A DNA stretch of 64,000 nt from Verrucomicrobiaceae bacterium (GCA_051252135.1 JBPOGH010000008.1:32001-96000), one strand, 5' to 3'; positions 1 to 9,836 are shown, counted from the first letter of the stretch. Program-made: numbers and translations. The notes: a model not told the origin generated them from the sequence alone.

Positions 1-1
1 G

Positions 2-673
2 GTGGAGCCTACCTTCAAAATGATGGAGGAAATGAAGATCCCGCTCATGGTGCATGGGGAGACACACGGATTTGTGATGGACCGGGAAAAGGAATTTCTC
101 GCGAGCTATGAATACCTCGCCAAGAAATTCCCCAAACTGCAAATCACCATGGAGCATATCACGACCGCAGACGCGGTCGAGCTGATGGGACGCTATGAAA
201 ACCTCCGCGCCACGGTGACCCTTCAGCACCTCATCATCACACTCGATGACGTCGCTGGTGGCATGCTCAATCCGCATTTGTTCTGCAAGCCGATCGCGAA
301 GCGTCCGGAGGATCGGGAAGCGCTCCTCCAAGCTGCGCTGGATGCTCATCCCGGTCTCATGTTCGGCAGTGATAGCGCGCCCCATCCGCTGAGTAAGAAG
401 GAATGCTGCGGGTGCGCGGCCGGTGTCTTCACCTCACCCCTCGCCATCGCCAGGCTGGCACAGCTCTTCGATAAACATGGCAAGCTGGAGAACCTCCAGG
501 CCTTCATCTCCGATAACGCACAACGTCTCTACCGGATCAAACCACCGGAAAAGAAAGTCGTGGTGAAGAAGCAAGCCTTCGAGGTCCCTGCCGCCTACAA
601 GGGTCACGGTCAGCACGTGGTACCCATGCACGCCGGTGAAACTCTCGACTGGTCGGTGAGCTCTGTTTCTTAG
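2..673 (+). CDS. pyrC: Dihydroorotase (class II), 5'-truncated by window edge
   Basis: Motifs [35 protein letters not shown] typical of homodimeric dihydroorotase. Confidence 0.93.
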   Translation: MEPTFKMMEEMKIPLMVHGETHGFVMDREKEFLASYEYLAKKFPKLQITMEHITTADAVELMGRYENLRATVTLQHLIITLDDVAGGMLNPHLFCKPIAKRPEDREALLQAALDAHPGLMFGSDSAPHPLSKKECCGCAAGVFTSPLAIARLAQLFDKHGKLENLQAFISDNAQRLYRIKPPEKKVVVKKQAFEVPAAYKGHGQHVVPMHAGETLDWSVSSVS

Positions 674-689
674 CTTCACAATCCTCCCC

Positions 690-835
690 AAGCCCGGCCG
701 CATCTCCACCTCCACCTTCCCCTTCACCCCCCGACGGAAAAACCCTCTACCTCGCCGGCGGCGCCAACCCAAGTGAACCAAGTGAGGAAAAAATGGGGCC
801 GCATCGTGATCTATGACGTCACCAGCCAAAAGTAG
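690..835 (+). pseudogene. Frameshifted C-terminal remnant of a WD40/beta-propeller gene
   Basis: Manual translation across two homopolymer frameshifts gives KPGRIST..FTP/DGKTLYLAGG..EEK/WGRIVIYDVTSQK*; micro-duplications TCCACCx2 and CCAAGTGAx2; no start codon. Confidence 0.45.
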
Positions 836-852
836 CCGAACCTTCCGACTGC

Positions 853-1327
853 CTCCCCCCTCCGCTCCGGTCCAAATGCACCTTCAAATCCCTCCCGCCA
901 AAAGCAAACTCCTGGCAGTAATTACGAAAATGATCTAATCCGGCACCTCGGTTGCCTTCGCTTTCTTCCCGTCGCTCCGCTCCCATTCCTCGCGTGATCG
1001 CAACGGACCCACGATCCCCAGCCCGCGCAAGCCCTTCGCCTTCGCCTCCTGAGTTATATTCTGAAACTTCGCCAGAGCCTTTTTTGTTTTCTCCTTCATA
1101 AGCATCTACAATCTTTCGATGAAGCGCCACCCCATGTTCATGGCTCCCAGGATAATCCCAATCACCAATCTGGTGAAAAATCCCCGACACATAGGATACG
1201 CGCTTCCTCCCAAAACCCAAACCCGGCTTCTTGATTTTCGCAACCTCATTACACCCCCTGTCTCCCCCTCCGCTCCGGTCCAAACGCGCCTTCAAAACTC
1301 TCCCGCTAAAAGCAAATCCCCGGCAGT
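853..1327 (+). repeat. Imperfect ~66 bp direct repeat, copies at ~853-919 and ~1262-1327
   Basis: CTCCCCC(C)TCCGCTCCGGTCCAAAyGCrCCTTCAAA..CTCCCGCyAAAAGCAAA..CC.GGCAGT in both copies. Confidence 0.85.
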
Positions 1328-1701
1328 TGGGTTGATCCTTATCAAAAAGGATATCGCTGCCGGCGTGTCCCTAAAACGATAAAACCAAATCCAAGGAGTA
1401 GGATCGCTGTTGGTGGTGTCGTCGCGAGCATTGTGAATCGGGTGAATCGGGAATGTAGCCCCTACCCGTTGACCCAAGAAGGCTTATCTGCCCTCTACCC
1501 ATTAATTACAAATGGCATTCGGACTTCTTGGAGTGATTGGCAGTGACGCTGGGCAGCACCAATCGTCCGTCCCGCCTGCCATTTCAACCGGCGCCCCGCT
1601 TCCGTTCGAGACGGTCATTGGCAAACCGCTTGCTCCGGTAACCCCGCCCCCGTTCGAACGAAAGGATTGATAAAGCAAACTCTGGGCAGTAGCACCCACC
1701 T

Positions 1702-2670
1702 ATGGGCATTGAAATCAGCTACCGGGACCTCTCGAATCACGGAGCCATGTTGCAGGATGAAGTGCGCTGCCAAGCCTTTCGCGATGCCCTATTTGAAGTA
1801 GTAACACCCGATTCGGTGGTCTTGGACATCGGCGCGGGCACCGGAATCCTCAGCATCTTTGCCGCCCAAGCCGGAGCGAAACAAGTCTACGCCGTGGAAC
1901 GCTCACCGGTGGCTCAGCAGGCCAAGAAAATCATTACGGCGAACGGACTGAGTGACCGGATCACCGTGCTACAGGCCGAAATGGAAACCCTGGAACTGCC
2001 GGAGAAGGTTGATGTCATCGTCTCCGAATGGCTGGGCGGTTATGGCGTCGATGAAAATCTCCTGCCCATTGTCATTCAGGCCCGGGATCGCTGGCTGAAA
2101 CCCGGCGGATTGATGATTCCCGGCACCACCACCTCCTGGATGGCTCCGGCCTACGACAAGTATCTCCAGGAGGAAATTGATTTCTGGAATGGTCAACCCT
2201 ACGGCGTCGACCTTTCCATCTTGAGCGATGACGCACAACGGCGCTCCGAACCCAGCTGTCATCATATCAAACCAGACGACCTGGCCTGCGAGGCACAACA
2301 CATGTGGACCATCGATAGCCACACCTGCACCGCGGACCGGGCCAATGGCACCTTCGAAGCCAAGCTTGAATTCATTGCGGAAAGCAACACCGTGATCAAT
2401 TCCCTGGCCGCTTGGTTCGAAACGAAGTCTGCCCTCACCGTGGAGCTGTCCAATGCCCCGTCCTGCCCGGATACCCATTGGGGACGCACCGTGTTTCCCA
2501 TCGGCAAAACCGTATTCGTGGAAAAAGGCACCCGCATCAAAGTTCACTTTGTCCATGAACCCTACGGCAAAGGACACTCCAACGCCAAATGGAGCGTCGA
2601 AATAGAGGAGTATCGTTTCCAGTCTGAAGATACCACCCTGCTGACCGGAGATTTCTCCCGGCCATCCTGA
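1702..2670 (+). CDS. Protein arginine N-methyltransferase-like (PRMT1-type fold) SAM-dependent methyltransferase
   Basis: SYxxxxxHxxMLQDEVR, motif I VLDIGAGTG, post-I VYAVE, double-E loop VDVIVSEWLGGYGVDE, motif III WLKPGG, dimer-arm-like FWNGQPYGVDLS, THW loop PDTHWGRTVF. Confidence 0.88.
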   Translation: MGIEISYRDLSNHGAMLQDEVRCQAFRDALFEVVTPDSVVLDIGAGTGILSIFAAQAGAKQVYAVERSPVAQQAKKIITANGLSDRITVLQAEMETLELPEKVDVIVSEWLGGYGVDENLLPIVIQARDRWLKPGGLMIPGTTTSWMAPAYDKYLQEEIDFWNGQPYGVDLSILSDDAQRRSEPSCHHIKPDDLACEAQHMWTIDSHTCTADRANGTFEAKLEFIAESNTVINSLAAWFETKSALTVELSNAPSCPDTHWGRTVFPIGKTVFVEKGTRIKVHFVHEPYGKGHSNAKWSVEIEEYRFQSEDTTLLTGDFSRPS

Positions 2671-2677
2671 CTCGGCC

Positions 2678-2926
2678 TCACTCCCCGCACGGCCGCCGCG
2701 TCCCAGTCTCCAGATAGAGCAGCGCCTTTTGGTAGCTCGCTCCCGTCAAAAAGTGGTCCAAATTCCCATCGATCTCACCCCGGTGCGCTTCGTGCCAACT
2801 CATGATCGCCTCGCTCACCTCCTTCAGAGCGTCAAGGTGCGCCTCGGGATCCCGATCACGAAATTCATGATCGGCAATCACCGCAATCCGGGCTTCGAGC
2901 AGCTGGGCTAAATCAGGAAAGTTCAT
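2678..2926 (-). CDS. Small hypothetical protein
   Basis: Protein-like composition (IADHEFRDRDP..LDHFLTGASYQKAL); ATG at 2926; follows the C25 gene. Confidence 0.7.
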   Translation of the reverse strand: MNFPDLAQLLEARIAVIADHEFRDRDPEAHLDALKEVSEAIMSWHEAHRGEIDGNLDHFLTGASYQKALLYLETGTRRPCGE

Positions 2927-2964
2927 CGACAAATTCACCACAGGCTTCCTCTAAAACAAAGCTC

Positions 2965-4179
2965 TCAAAACAACTTCGTCGCAGGATCACCCACCAGCAT
3001 CCACATCTCGAGATGCTCCAGGCGTTGATCCCGCAACCCACGCTCACCCCCGGTCCCATCGACTCGATCAAAAACGAAAAACAAAGGCCGGCTCATCCGG
3101 GCCGTGGCGATCGCTTCCTGCACCGCGAGAAACCATTCCCCGGCCGTCGCAGGCGGATTCTCTTTCATCGCACTCACCGCACCCTTTGCCGCCAGGTATC
3201 CCGGCGCGGAGTAACTTTCCCCGGTCGCTCCAATAAACGCCACCGGACCCCCGGGCGCCTGGACACTGCGGTAACCCACCGCCTCATCCCCATCGAGGCA
3301 ATAACAACCACAGCTCAGAAAAAGACCACGCCGACTGGAAGGCGAAAGCCCATCCCAACGATCCCCCGTGAATTGATTCTGCAAGCCCTCGATCAGGTTG
3401 GCTCCTCGGGCCAACTGGCACAGGCTGCTCGAACTCGAGTGTCCGAAGTAAGCACCAACATCATACGGTTTGTTTAACTCGGCAACAAACCGTGCAGGGA
3501 ACTCGCCCTCCGGCGCAGCGAAAGGATGCCCCGGCACATCGGCCGCCCCGCTGAAGGTCCACGAAGAATGCGCCTTGCGCACCAACGATCTCGAAAGAGC
3601 GGACACCAACGCATCAGCAGCCCACATCCGCTTGGGCCCCCCGATCGGATCCCCGACCAAAAGGATCGCCCGCTTCGGCTCGGAGTCGGCAACTCGGCGA
3701 CCCTCCTCAAAGGCCAGAATCTTGCTCACCAGCATTTTCGCCTGCGCGGGCGTAGCCGCAGGAAGGCGCCCCACCGCAAACAAGGGCGTAGTCCCATCCC
3801 GCTTCATCGCATAGCGGCTATCGGAAGGAACACCCTTCATCCGGTGGTGCCGCCCCTCCGCCCCCGGGATCAACGCCGTGGTCCTAACCACGAGAAGGCA
3901 ATCCCGCTCGCGTTCCCCAAGATCAAGTTCGGCAATCCGCTGGTGGATCAACTCAGGTGTGGCCCCCGGGATCGAGATCACCTGATAACCCTGGGCCGCT
4001 CGCGCCTTCTTCAAAGGAGCAAGAGCCGTCGCAAAAGAAGGGGGATGGGCCACAACCCACCGCGGAGTTTCCTTCCGTTCCTCCGCCTTCCATGTCGCAG
4101 GATAATGGAGTTCAAGGGTTTGTGGGGCACAAGAACTCAGCAAGAGAGCAAGGAGACTGAGAAAAAGACCGGGGCGCAT
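2965..4179 (-). CDS. Peptidase C25 (gingipain-like) family lipoprotein
   Basis: Lipobox LSSC; SDSRY, VGRLPA, YFGHS (His), SCGCYC (Cys), GPVAFIGAT, WMLVGDPA. Confidence 0.75.
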   Translation of the reverse strand: MRPGLFLSLLALLLSSCAPQTLELHYPATWKAEERKETPRWVVAHPPSFATALAPLKKARAAQGYQVISIPGATPELIHQRIAELDLGERERDCLLVVRTTALIPGAEGRHHRMKGVPSDSRYAMKRDGTTPLFAVGRLPAATPAQAKMLVSKILAFEEGRRVADSEPKRAILLVGDPIGGPKRMWAADALVSALSRSLVRKAHSSWTFSGAADVPGHPFAAPEGEFPARFVAELNKPYDVGAYFGHSSSSSLCQLARGANLIEGLQNQFTGDRWDGLSPSSRRGLFLSCGCYCLDGDEAVGYRSVQAPGGPVAFIGATGESYSAPGYLAAKGAVSAMKENPPATAGEWFLAVQEAIATARMSRPLFFVFDRVDGTGGERGLRDQRLEHLEMWMLVGDPATKLF

Positions 4180-4252
4180 AACAAAGTGAAAAGTGGAAAA
4201 GGTTCGCAGATTCACTCACAAGTGTCGCCAACAATCTCCCCCTCACTCCCCC

Positions 4253-5734
4253 TCACTCCCCCACCGAAACCTCGTTCACCGTGTAATAAGCATTCCGGTG
4301 CAACAACTCCTCCCCATCCCGCGACTTCAGCCCCGCCAAATCAAACTCATGCACATGCCCCTTCAACAGCTGGTTTAGCTTCAATCTTACCGACATCCCG
4401 TCCTCCGCCAACTCCACCGCCTCCACCACCGGAGTCGTCTGATCAATCTCCGGACCACCATACCCCGCACCATAACGATGCGTAAAAGTCGCCATCGCAT
4501 AGGACTCCACCTTCTCACCCGATTCCTTCTCAACCGCCTTCGTAAATTTCAGCTCAAACCCCTCCGGCGTAATCGTCACCCGCTCAATCTCAAAGGGCAT
4601 CTTCCCCGTCCACTCCAGCCGTTCCAACGCAAAGGGCTTTAGCCCCCGCACCGGCCAACCCCGATTCGTCCCGCCCGCCAAAAGCTTCCCGCCCGGCGTA
4701 AATTGAATGTTCAGAATCCCCGTCGAAAGCTCCTCCCGAAACGGATAACACGCCCCCTGCCACACCCCGTTCACCTGCTCCGTCGTCGCCCGCAGGATCA
4801 ACGATTGCGTGTAGTCCCCGAGGAAAATCTGATTCTCAAAAGGCCCAAACTTCCCCTTCGTCTCATCCAGCACAAACCCCGTGATCGAACGACCCATCCG
4901 GATGTAGGGAAAGATCACCGCATAAGGCACCAACTCCTTCACCCGCTCCTTCTCTAACAGAATGCTCGATCCCGACTCCGGCTCTACCGGCGCCTCCAGA
5001 TTTGGCACGAACTCGTACCAATTGAAACTCGCCGGATGCCCCATGAATCCGCCCTCCTTCACAAACTTCAAACTGCAAGCCGAGTTCCATGGCCCCTGAC
5101 TCTCGATATAAAAAAGCGCCCCGTGCTCATCGAACCCAATCCCGCCCGGACTCCGCATCCCGCTCGCAATCGGGATCGTCTTCCCCTCCGGCGTAATCTT
5201 CAACCCCCACCCGCGCAACAACTCCCACGAGTTGTAGGATTTCGACAACCCCAGCGCCACGTAGAGATTCCCCTCCGGGTCAAATTTCGACCCAAAGGCA
5301 TACTCGTGATACGTCCCGTAACCCCACGCATCCGACACCACCTCAAAGCGATCCGCCCTCCCATCACCCGTCGTATCCCGCACCTTCGTCAGCTCCCCGC
5401 TCTGCGTCACAAACAACGCCCCCTCTTTCCAGGCCAACCCAAAAATCTCATCCAGCCCCGACGCAAAAAGATGATACTCCGGCTCCGGCCGTGCCGCATC
5501 CAAGCCCGAGACAAAATAAATATCACCCCGCCGCGTCCCGATCGCGATCCTCCCGTCCGGCAGCGCCTCAAACGCACCCGCCTCAATCACCGCACCCTTC
5601 GGCATCGGCACATCCACCACCCGGTAATACTCCCGCTCGCGATCCGCCGTCCCCCAGCGCTCACCCACTTCCTCCGCCGTCAAACACGACGCCATCAGCA
5701 GCCCACTCAAAGTCAATCTAGCGAAGCAATTCAT
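4253..5734 (-). CDS. Secreted beta-propeller protein, glucose/sorbosone dehydrogenase-like (PVC type)
   Basis: Signal peptide; DTTGDGRAD, YHEYAFG, ASGMRSPGG, QGPWN, GHPAS motifs; start overlaps cytochrome gene stop. Confidence 0.75.
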   Translation of the reverse strand: MNCFARLTLSGLLMASCLTAEEVGERWGTADREREYYRVVDVPMPKGAVIEAGAFEALPDGRIAIGTRRGDIYFVSGLDAARPEPEYHLFASGLDEIFGLAWKEGALFVTQSGELTKVRDTTGDGRADRFEVVSDAWGYGTYHEYAFGSKFDPEGNLYVALGLSKSYNSWELLRGWGLKITPEGKTIPIASGMRSPGGIGFDEHGALFYIESQGPWNSACSLKFVKEGGFMGHPASFNWYEFVPNLEAPVEPESGSSILLEKERVKELVPYAVIFPYIRMGRSITGFVLDETKGKFGPFENQIFLGDYTQSLILRATTEQVNGVWQGACYPFREELSTGILNIQFTPGGKLLAGGTNRGWPVRGLKPFALERLEWTGKMPFEIERVTITPEGFELKFTKAVEKESGEKVESYAMATFTHRYGAGYGGPEIDQTTPVVEAVELAEDGMSVRLKLNQLLKGHVHEFDLAGLKSRDGEELLHRNAYYTVNEVSVGE

Positions 5735-7985
5735 AATCAATCGTAAAGTTCGTCTTCCCCTCCTCAAGATTCAGCTCAATCAGCAACTCCTTCCCCTCCC
5801 CAAAATCACGCAGCCTAGTCTCCGCCTCTCCCACCGAAACCTTCAGCTCCCCATTTGAAAAAATGCCCCTCGCAACCGACTCCACCTCTCCCGTCAGCCC
5901 CCGAAAAAACACCCGCGTCTTCCCCCGCGAATCAAACTGAAACGTCCGCCTCAAAACACCCCCATCCACCACCACCGACTTCTCCTCAATCGCCACCTCC
6001 TCGCAGCGATACATCAGCGTCGGATTCCCACTCTCATCGAAAAAGTATCCCTGAAAAGCATACCCGTGATTCTTCGGATAAAGCGGATCCGGATTCACCG
6101 GCGCTTCCTTCGTCGTCACCGGACTCAAGGGCCACGCCTCGTCCACATTCTTCAACTGAAGAAACCCCACATCCTGCGCCAGCTCCACCGCCCGCGACGC
6201 CGGATTAAAATCTCCCGCCCCCTGCGACCGCCAATTCGCCGTCACAAACTCACCCTTCCAAATCGCCGTCAGCGCCCCGTTCTGCGCATTGAAGGCATAG
6301 TTCATCCCACCCGGATAACCCACCGCGATCCCGCGATAACCCGCCACCCGACTCCGACCGCGATACACCTTCACCCGATCAGTCACCACCAGCTTCGAGG
6401 GCTCCGATCGCAACCCCGACGGGTCCCTCGCCGACCTCCCCAACCAAAACTGATACCACAGCGCCTCCAACTGCGCGTGCGTGTCACCGCCCAAAATATC
6501 CGTCTGCACGGCTTCCCCGTCCGGCCAAAAATTCGGCATGATGATCCCCTTCCGGTGCGCCCCCGGGTCCTTCATAAACGCCGCAAACCAACCCGGCTCC
6601 AACCGCTGAAATGACGTCGTCAAATCCAGCCCCTTCATCCCCGGCGACTCCTTCCCGTTGTAATTGTGACACGCGATACAATTCAGCCCCTTGTCCCCTA
6701 ACAAAAGATGCCCCCCATTGCTCACCATCGGCTTCGTCTCTCGAGTCGGCTCCTCAAAGGTCACCTCCTCAATCTCATCCAACGCATCAAAAAGTTCCGT
6801 CATCCCCTCCAGCCCCGCCATCCCGTAATGCGGCATCCGCGTCGTCATATAAGGCCGCACCCGCTCCTTCTCAAAGAGAACCTTCGAAAGCCAACCCGGC
6901 TTCAACTTCGCCCCCACCAAAGTCAACGGCGGAGGAATCCGCGCCTCATTCCCCAACGCCTCCTCCGTCGATCCAAAATACGCATCCAGCTCCGCCGAAA
7001 CACCCCCAAAACCATCACGCTCATGACACGCGATACAGTTCATCTGCGTCAGCTTCATCTCCAGTTCATCTTCCTTCGAAAACTCCCCTTCCTTCTCCAA
7101 CGCCACCCGCAACACGTCCCGCTGCCCCGCATCCAAATCAAAATCCGGCGCACCATCAACCTCCTCCGAAAGACACCCCTTCCCAAAATCCATCTCCCCA
7201 AGATCTGGTCCCGTCTTCCCTCCCGCACCCTCAACCTCGTGACACGAATTACAGTTGAACTTCAGAAAATTTTCCCGCCCCGTAGTCACCTGATCCATCG
7301 TCAAAATCGCTCCTCCCACAATCCCTAACCCATCCAAATAAGCCGCCAAATCCACCGCCTCCTTCCGGCTCAAATCCATATCCGGCATCCGCCCCGATCC
7401 CCGCACCTTCAGCGGGTCCATCAAAAACTCCGCCAACGCTCCCGCCCGATATTTCCCCTGAAGATGCGCCAGCGAAACCACCCCATCCTTCCGCGACTCC
7501 TCCCCCGCTTCATCGCGCGGCGAATGACACGCCACACACCCCACCTCGTGGTAAACCTTCTCCCCCTGCACCGCATCCCCCTTCACCAACTCGTTAAGTT
7601 TCAAAAGCCCAGCCGCTGGTTCTCTCAACGACGCCAAATAATGCCCAATCGACTCACTCACCCGCTTCTTCTCCTCAACATCCAACCCCGACAACACATC
7701 CGGCATCGTCGTCCCCGGATGCGTCCCCGCTGGATCAAAAAGAAACTTCGCAAGATAATCCGCACTCAACCGCAACCCCACTTCCCTCAAATCAGGAGCC
7801 TCTTTCATCCCCTCCTCATCCATCCCCTCATGACAAGCCGCACACCGCAACTCCTTCGCCAACACCTGCCCCGTTTGAACCTCATCCAACGGATGCTCCC
7901 CATACAACCCCACCACCACCGGCGCCCCCCAACTCATCCCGCCCATCACCAAACAAGCAGTTACAAGGAAGCGAGCAATGATCAT
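5718..7985 (-). CDS. Multiheme c-type cytochrome (5 CxxCH)
   Basis: CAACH, CVACH, CNSCH, CIACH, CIACH, most followed by P.L and MP (Met ligand) segments; signal peptide. Confidence 0.85.
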   Translation of the reverse strand: MIIARFLVTACLVMGGMSWGAPVVVGLYGEHPLDEVQTGQVLAKELRCAACHEGMDEEGMKEAPDLREVGLRLSADYLAKFLFDPAGTHPGTTMPDVLSGLDVEEKKRVSESIGHYLASLREPAAGLLKLNELVKGDAVQGEKVYHEVGCVACHSPRDEAGEESRKDGVVSLAHLQGKYRAGALAEFLMDPLKVRGSGRMPDMDLSRKEAVDLAAYLDGLGIVGGAILTMDQVTTGRENFLKFNCNSCHEVEGAGGKTGPDLGEMDFGKGCLSEEVDGAPDFDLDAGQRDVLRVALEKEGEFSKEDELEMKLTQMNCIACHERDGFGGVSAELDAYFGSTEEALGNEARIPPPLTLVGAKLKPGWLSKVLFEKERVRPYMTTRMPHYGMAGLEGMTELFDALDEIEEVTFEEPTRETKPMVSNGGHLLLGDKGLNCIACHNYNGKESPGMKGLDLTTSFQRLEPGWFAAFMKDPGAHRKGIIMPNFWPDGEAVQTDILGGDTHAQLEALWYQFWLGRSARDPSGLRSEPSKLVVTDRVKVYRGRSRVAGYRGIAVGYPGGMNYAFNAQNGALTAIWKGEFVTANWRSQGAGDFNPASRAVELAQDVGFLQLKNVDEAWPLSPVTTKEAPVNPDPLYPKNHGYAFQGYFFDESGNPTLMYRCEEVAIEEKSVVVDGGVLRRTFQFDSRGKTRVFFRGLTGEVESVARGIFSNGELKVSVGEAETRLRDFGEGKELLIELNLEEGKTNFTIDYELLR

Positions 7986-8063
7986 CCCGCCGACTCTGCC
8001 GAATCCACCCTCCCCCCGCAAACAAAGATTCCCAATCAATCCTTTTGAATTCCCCCCTCAACC

Positions 8064-8094
8064 AATCTGCGAAAATCCTCTTAATCTGCGGATA
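8064..8094 (+). repeat. Dispersed intergenic repeat AATCTGCG(n)AATC(n)AATCTGCGGAT, copy 1 (others at 9501-9531 and 36729-36759)
   Basis: Three near-identical ~31 bp copies, same strand, all intergenic. Confidence 0.75.
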
Positions 8095-8142
8095 GCTTCC
8101 CCGGCTTCAACCACGGACCAATCCCCGGGGCCGTCGTTAGAA

Positions 8143-9420
8143 CTACTTCTTCGCCTCAATACAAAACAAGTGACTCTCACCCCGGATAAACACCTGATCA
8201 TCCACCAGCGCCGGAGTCGCATCCACTCCCTCGCCCAGCGAATTGGTCGAAACAATTTCCAGCTCCTCCCCATCCTTGATCACCACCGTCGTCCCACTTC
8301 GCCCCGTAATAAAAACATGGCCACCCGCAGCCACCGATGACGCATAAAGGGTCGAGAGTCCCGGAATCTTCGCCGCCGTATAATACGCCTCTCCCGTATG
8401 AGGATTCACGCATGACAGCGACGCCGACTTATCCTTGTGAATATAAAGGAGCTTTCCCGACAACAGCGGCGACGCCAAATCCGGCGTATTCTTCTCCCAA
8501 CTCCACGCAACATTCTTCGTCCCCTTCAAATCTCCCCGCCCGCCCAGACGAAACGCCCCTCCGTAGGAACCCCGGAACCCGCTCGCCACCACCACCAAAT
8601 CATCAATCGCCACCGCGCACGTCACCGGACGCTGCGCTTTCCCCGCCACCCGCCACAGCTCCTTGCCCGTCTCCAGGTCATAGCCACGAATAAAATTCTG
8701 CCCGTTCATCACCACCTGCTTCGCGCCATCGTGCTCCACCACAAAAGGCGTGCACCAATTCGTCGGCTCATCCCGCTCGGTCTTCCAGATCGTTTTTCCC
8801 GTCAGCCGATTCAGCGCATAAAGAGCCGAAGGCCCCTCATGGTCCCACGGCACCAAAATCTTATCCCCTTCCAAGGTCGGCGAACTCCCCTCACCGAACT
8901 CGTTGCGCGTATCCATCTTCCCAAAGTCATCCCGCTTCCAAACCAACTCCCCATCCATCGTGTAACAATAAAGCCCCCGCGAACCAAAGTGCGCATAGAC
9001 ATGCTCGCCATTCGTGACCGGCGACGCCGAAGCGAACCCGTTCGTCGAGTGCGTCCCCTCATGCGGAGTCGCCGTCGTCGCCGTCTTCTCCCAACGCACC
9101 TTCCCCGTCCCACGATCAAAACAATAAACCCGAAACGCCAACTCCGACAGCCGCTCCCCGTCAAACCCAAGCCCCCCGTCCTTCGCCACCGCAGACACCA
9201 CAAACACCCGATCCCCCCACACCACTGGCGATCCCGACCCACGCCCCGGAACCGGCACCTTCCACTTCACATTCTTCGTCGCACTCCACTCCACCGGCGG
9301 CTTCGCCTCAGCCGATGACCCGTTCCCCAACGGCCCCCGCCAATGCCCCCAATTCCCTCCCATCGCTACGGAGGTGACGAAAAGGGCAAGCGAGCAAGCG
9401 AAGAGGGTTTGAAATGACAT
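8143..9420 (-). CDS. PQQ-binding-like beta-propeller repeat protein (BamB-like)
   Basis: NWGHWRGPLGNG, NVKWKVPVPGRGSGSPVVWG, repeated G..W and SP motifs; signal peptide. Confidence 0.88.
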   Translation of the reverse strand: MSFQTLFACSLALFVTSVAMGGNWGHWRGPLGNGSSAEAKPPVEWSATKNVKWKVPVPGRGSGSPVVWGDRVFVVSAVAKDGGLGFDGERLSELAFRVYCFDRGTGKVRWEKTATTATPHEGTHSTNGFASASPVTNGEHVYAHFGSRGLYCYTMDGELVWKRDDFGKMDTRNEFGEGSSPTLEGDKILVPWDHEGPSALYALNRLTGKTIWKTERDEPTNWCTPFVVEHDGAKQVVMNGQNFIRGYDLETGKELWRVAGKAQRPVTCAVAIDDLVVVASGFRGSYGGAFRLGGRGDLKGTKNVAWSWEKNTPDLASPLLSGKLLYIHKDKSASLSCVNPHTGEAYYTAAKIPGLSTLYASSVAAGGHVFITGRSGTTVVIKDGEELEIVSTNSLGEGVDATPALVDDQVFIRGESHLFCIEAKK

Positions 9421-9836
9421 GGCGAAAAAACGGGAAATTACCGGTAACTCTCCACGCTCCTCCCCCCATGTCAAGACAGCCAAAAAACCACCCCTCATCC
9501 AATCTCCGAAAATCGTCCCAATCTGCGGATAGATTCCCCCAACCCCAGCAATTCAAATCTAAATGTTCGGTGTTCCCCCCCTCAACCATGCCCAGTTCGT
9601 CGTGTAGGCTTTAGCCGAACTCCTCAACCAAGCATCCCCTCCATCCTGTCCATTTGCCTAAGAGGCTATTTGTCTTCGACCATCTCCGCTTTGCTCCGGT
9701 TCCACTTCGTTCCGGTTGCGGTTAGAAAACTGCCCAACCAAGCCTCTGCCTCCACTGTGATCCCAAAAACAATCTCCCTTTGCATCTCAGGTCACCTCGC
9801 TAAACTCCCCCTTCCAGCTCTCAAATCTCACCTCTC

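Noticed and set aside
819..1295. 158 aa minus-strand ORF as a functional gene
   Set aside because: Both ends lie in the 66 bp repeat (LDRSGGG appears twice); only the middle looks protein-like
1702..2670. Annotation as ribosomal protein L11 methyltransferase PrmA
   Set aside because: Shares only motif I; lacks the PrmA N-terminal domain and FGTG.H motif, and has PRMT double-E and THW loops
9680..9730. Possible integron attC right half ending GTTAGAA
   Set aside because: Does not fit GTTRRRY, no complementary left box, no integrase or cassette array in the window
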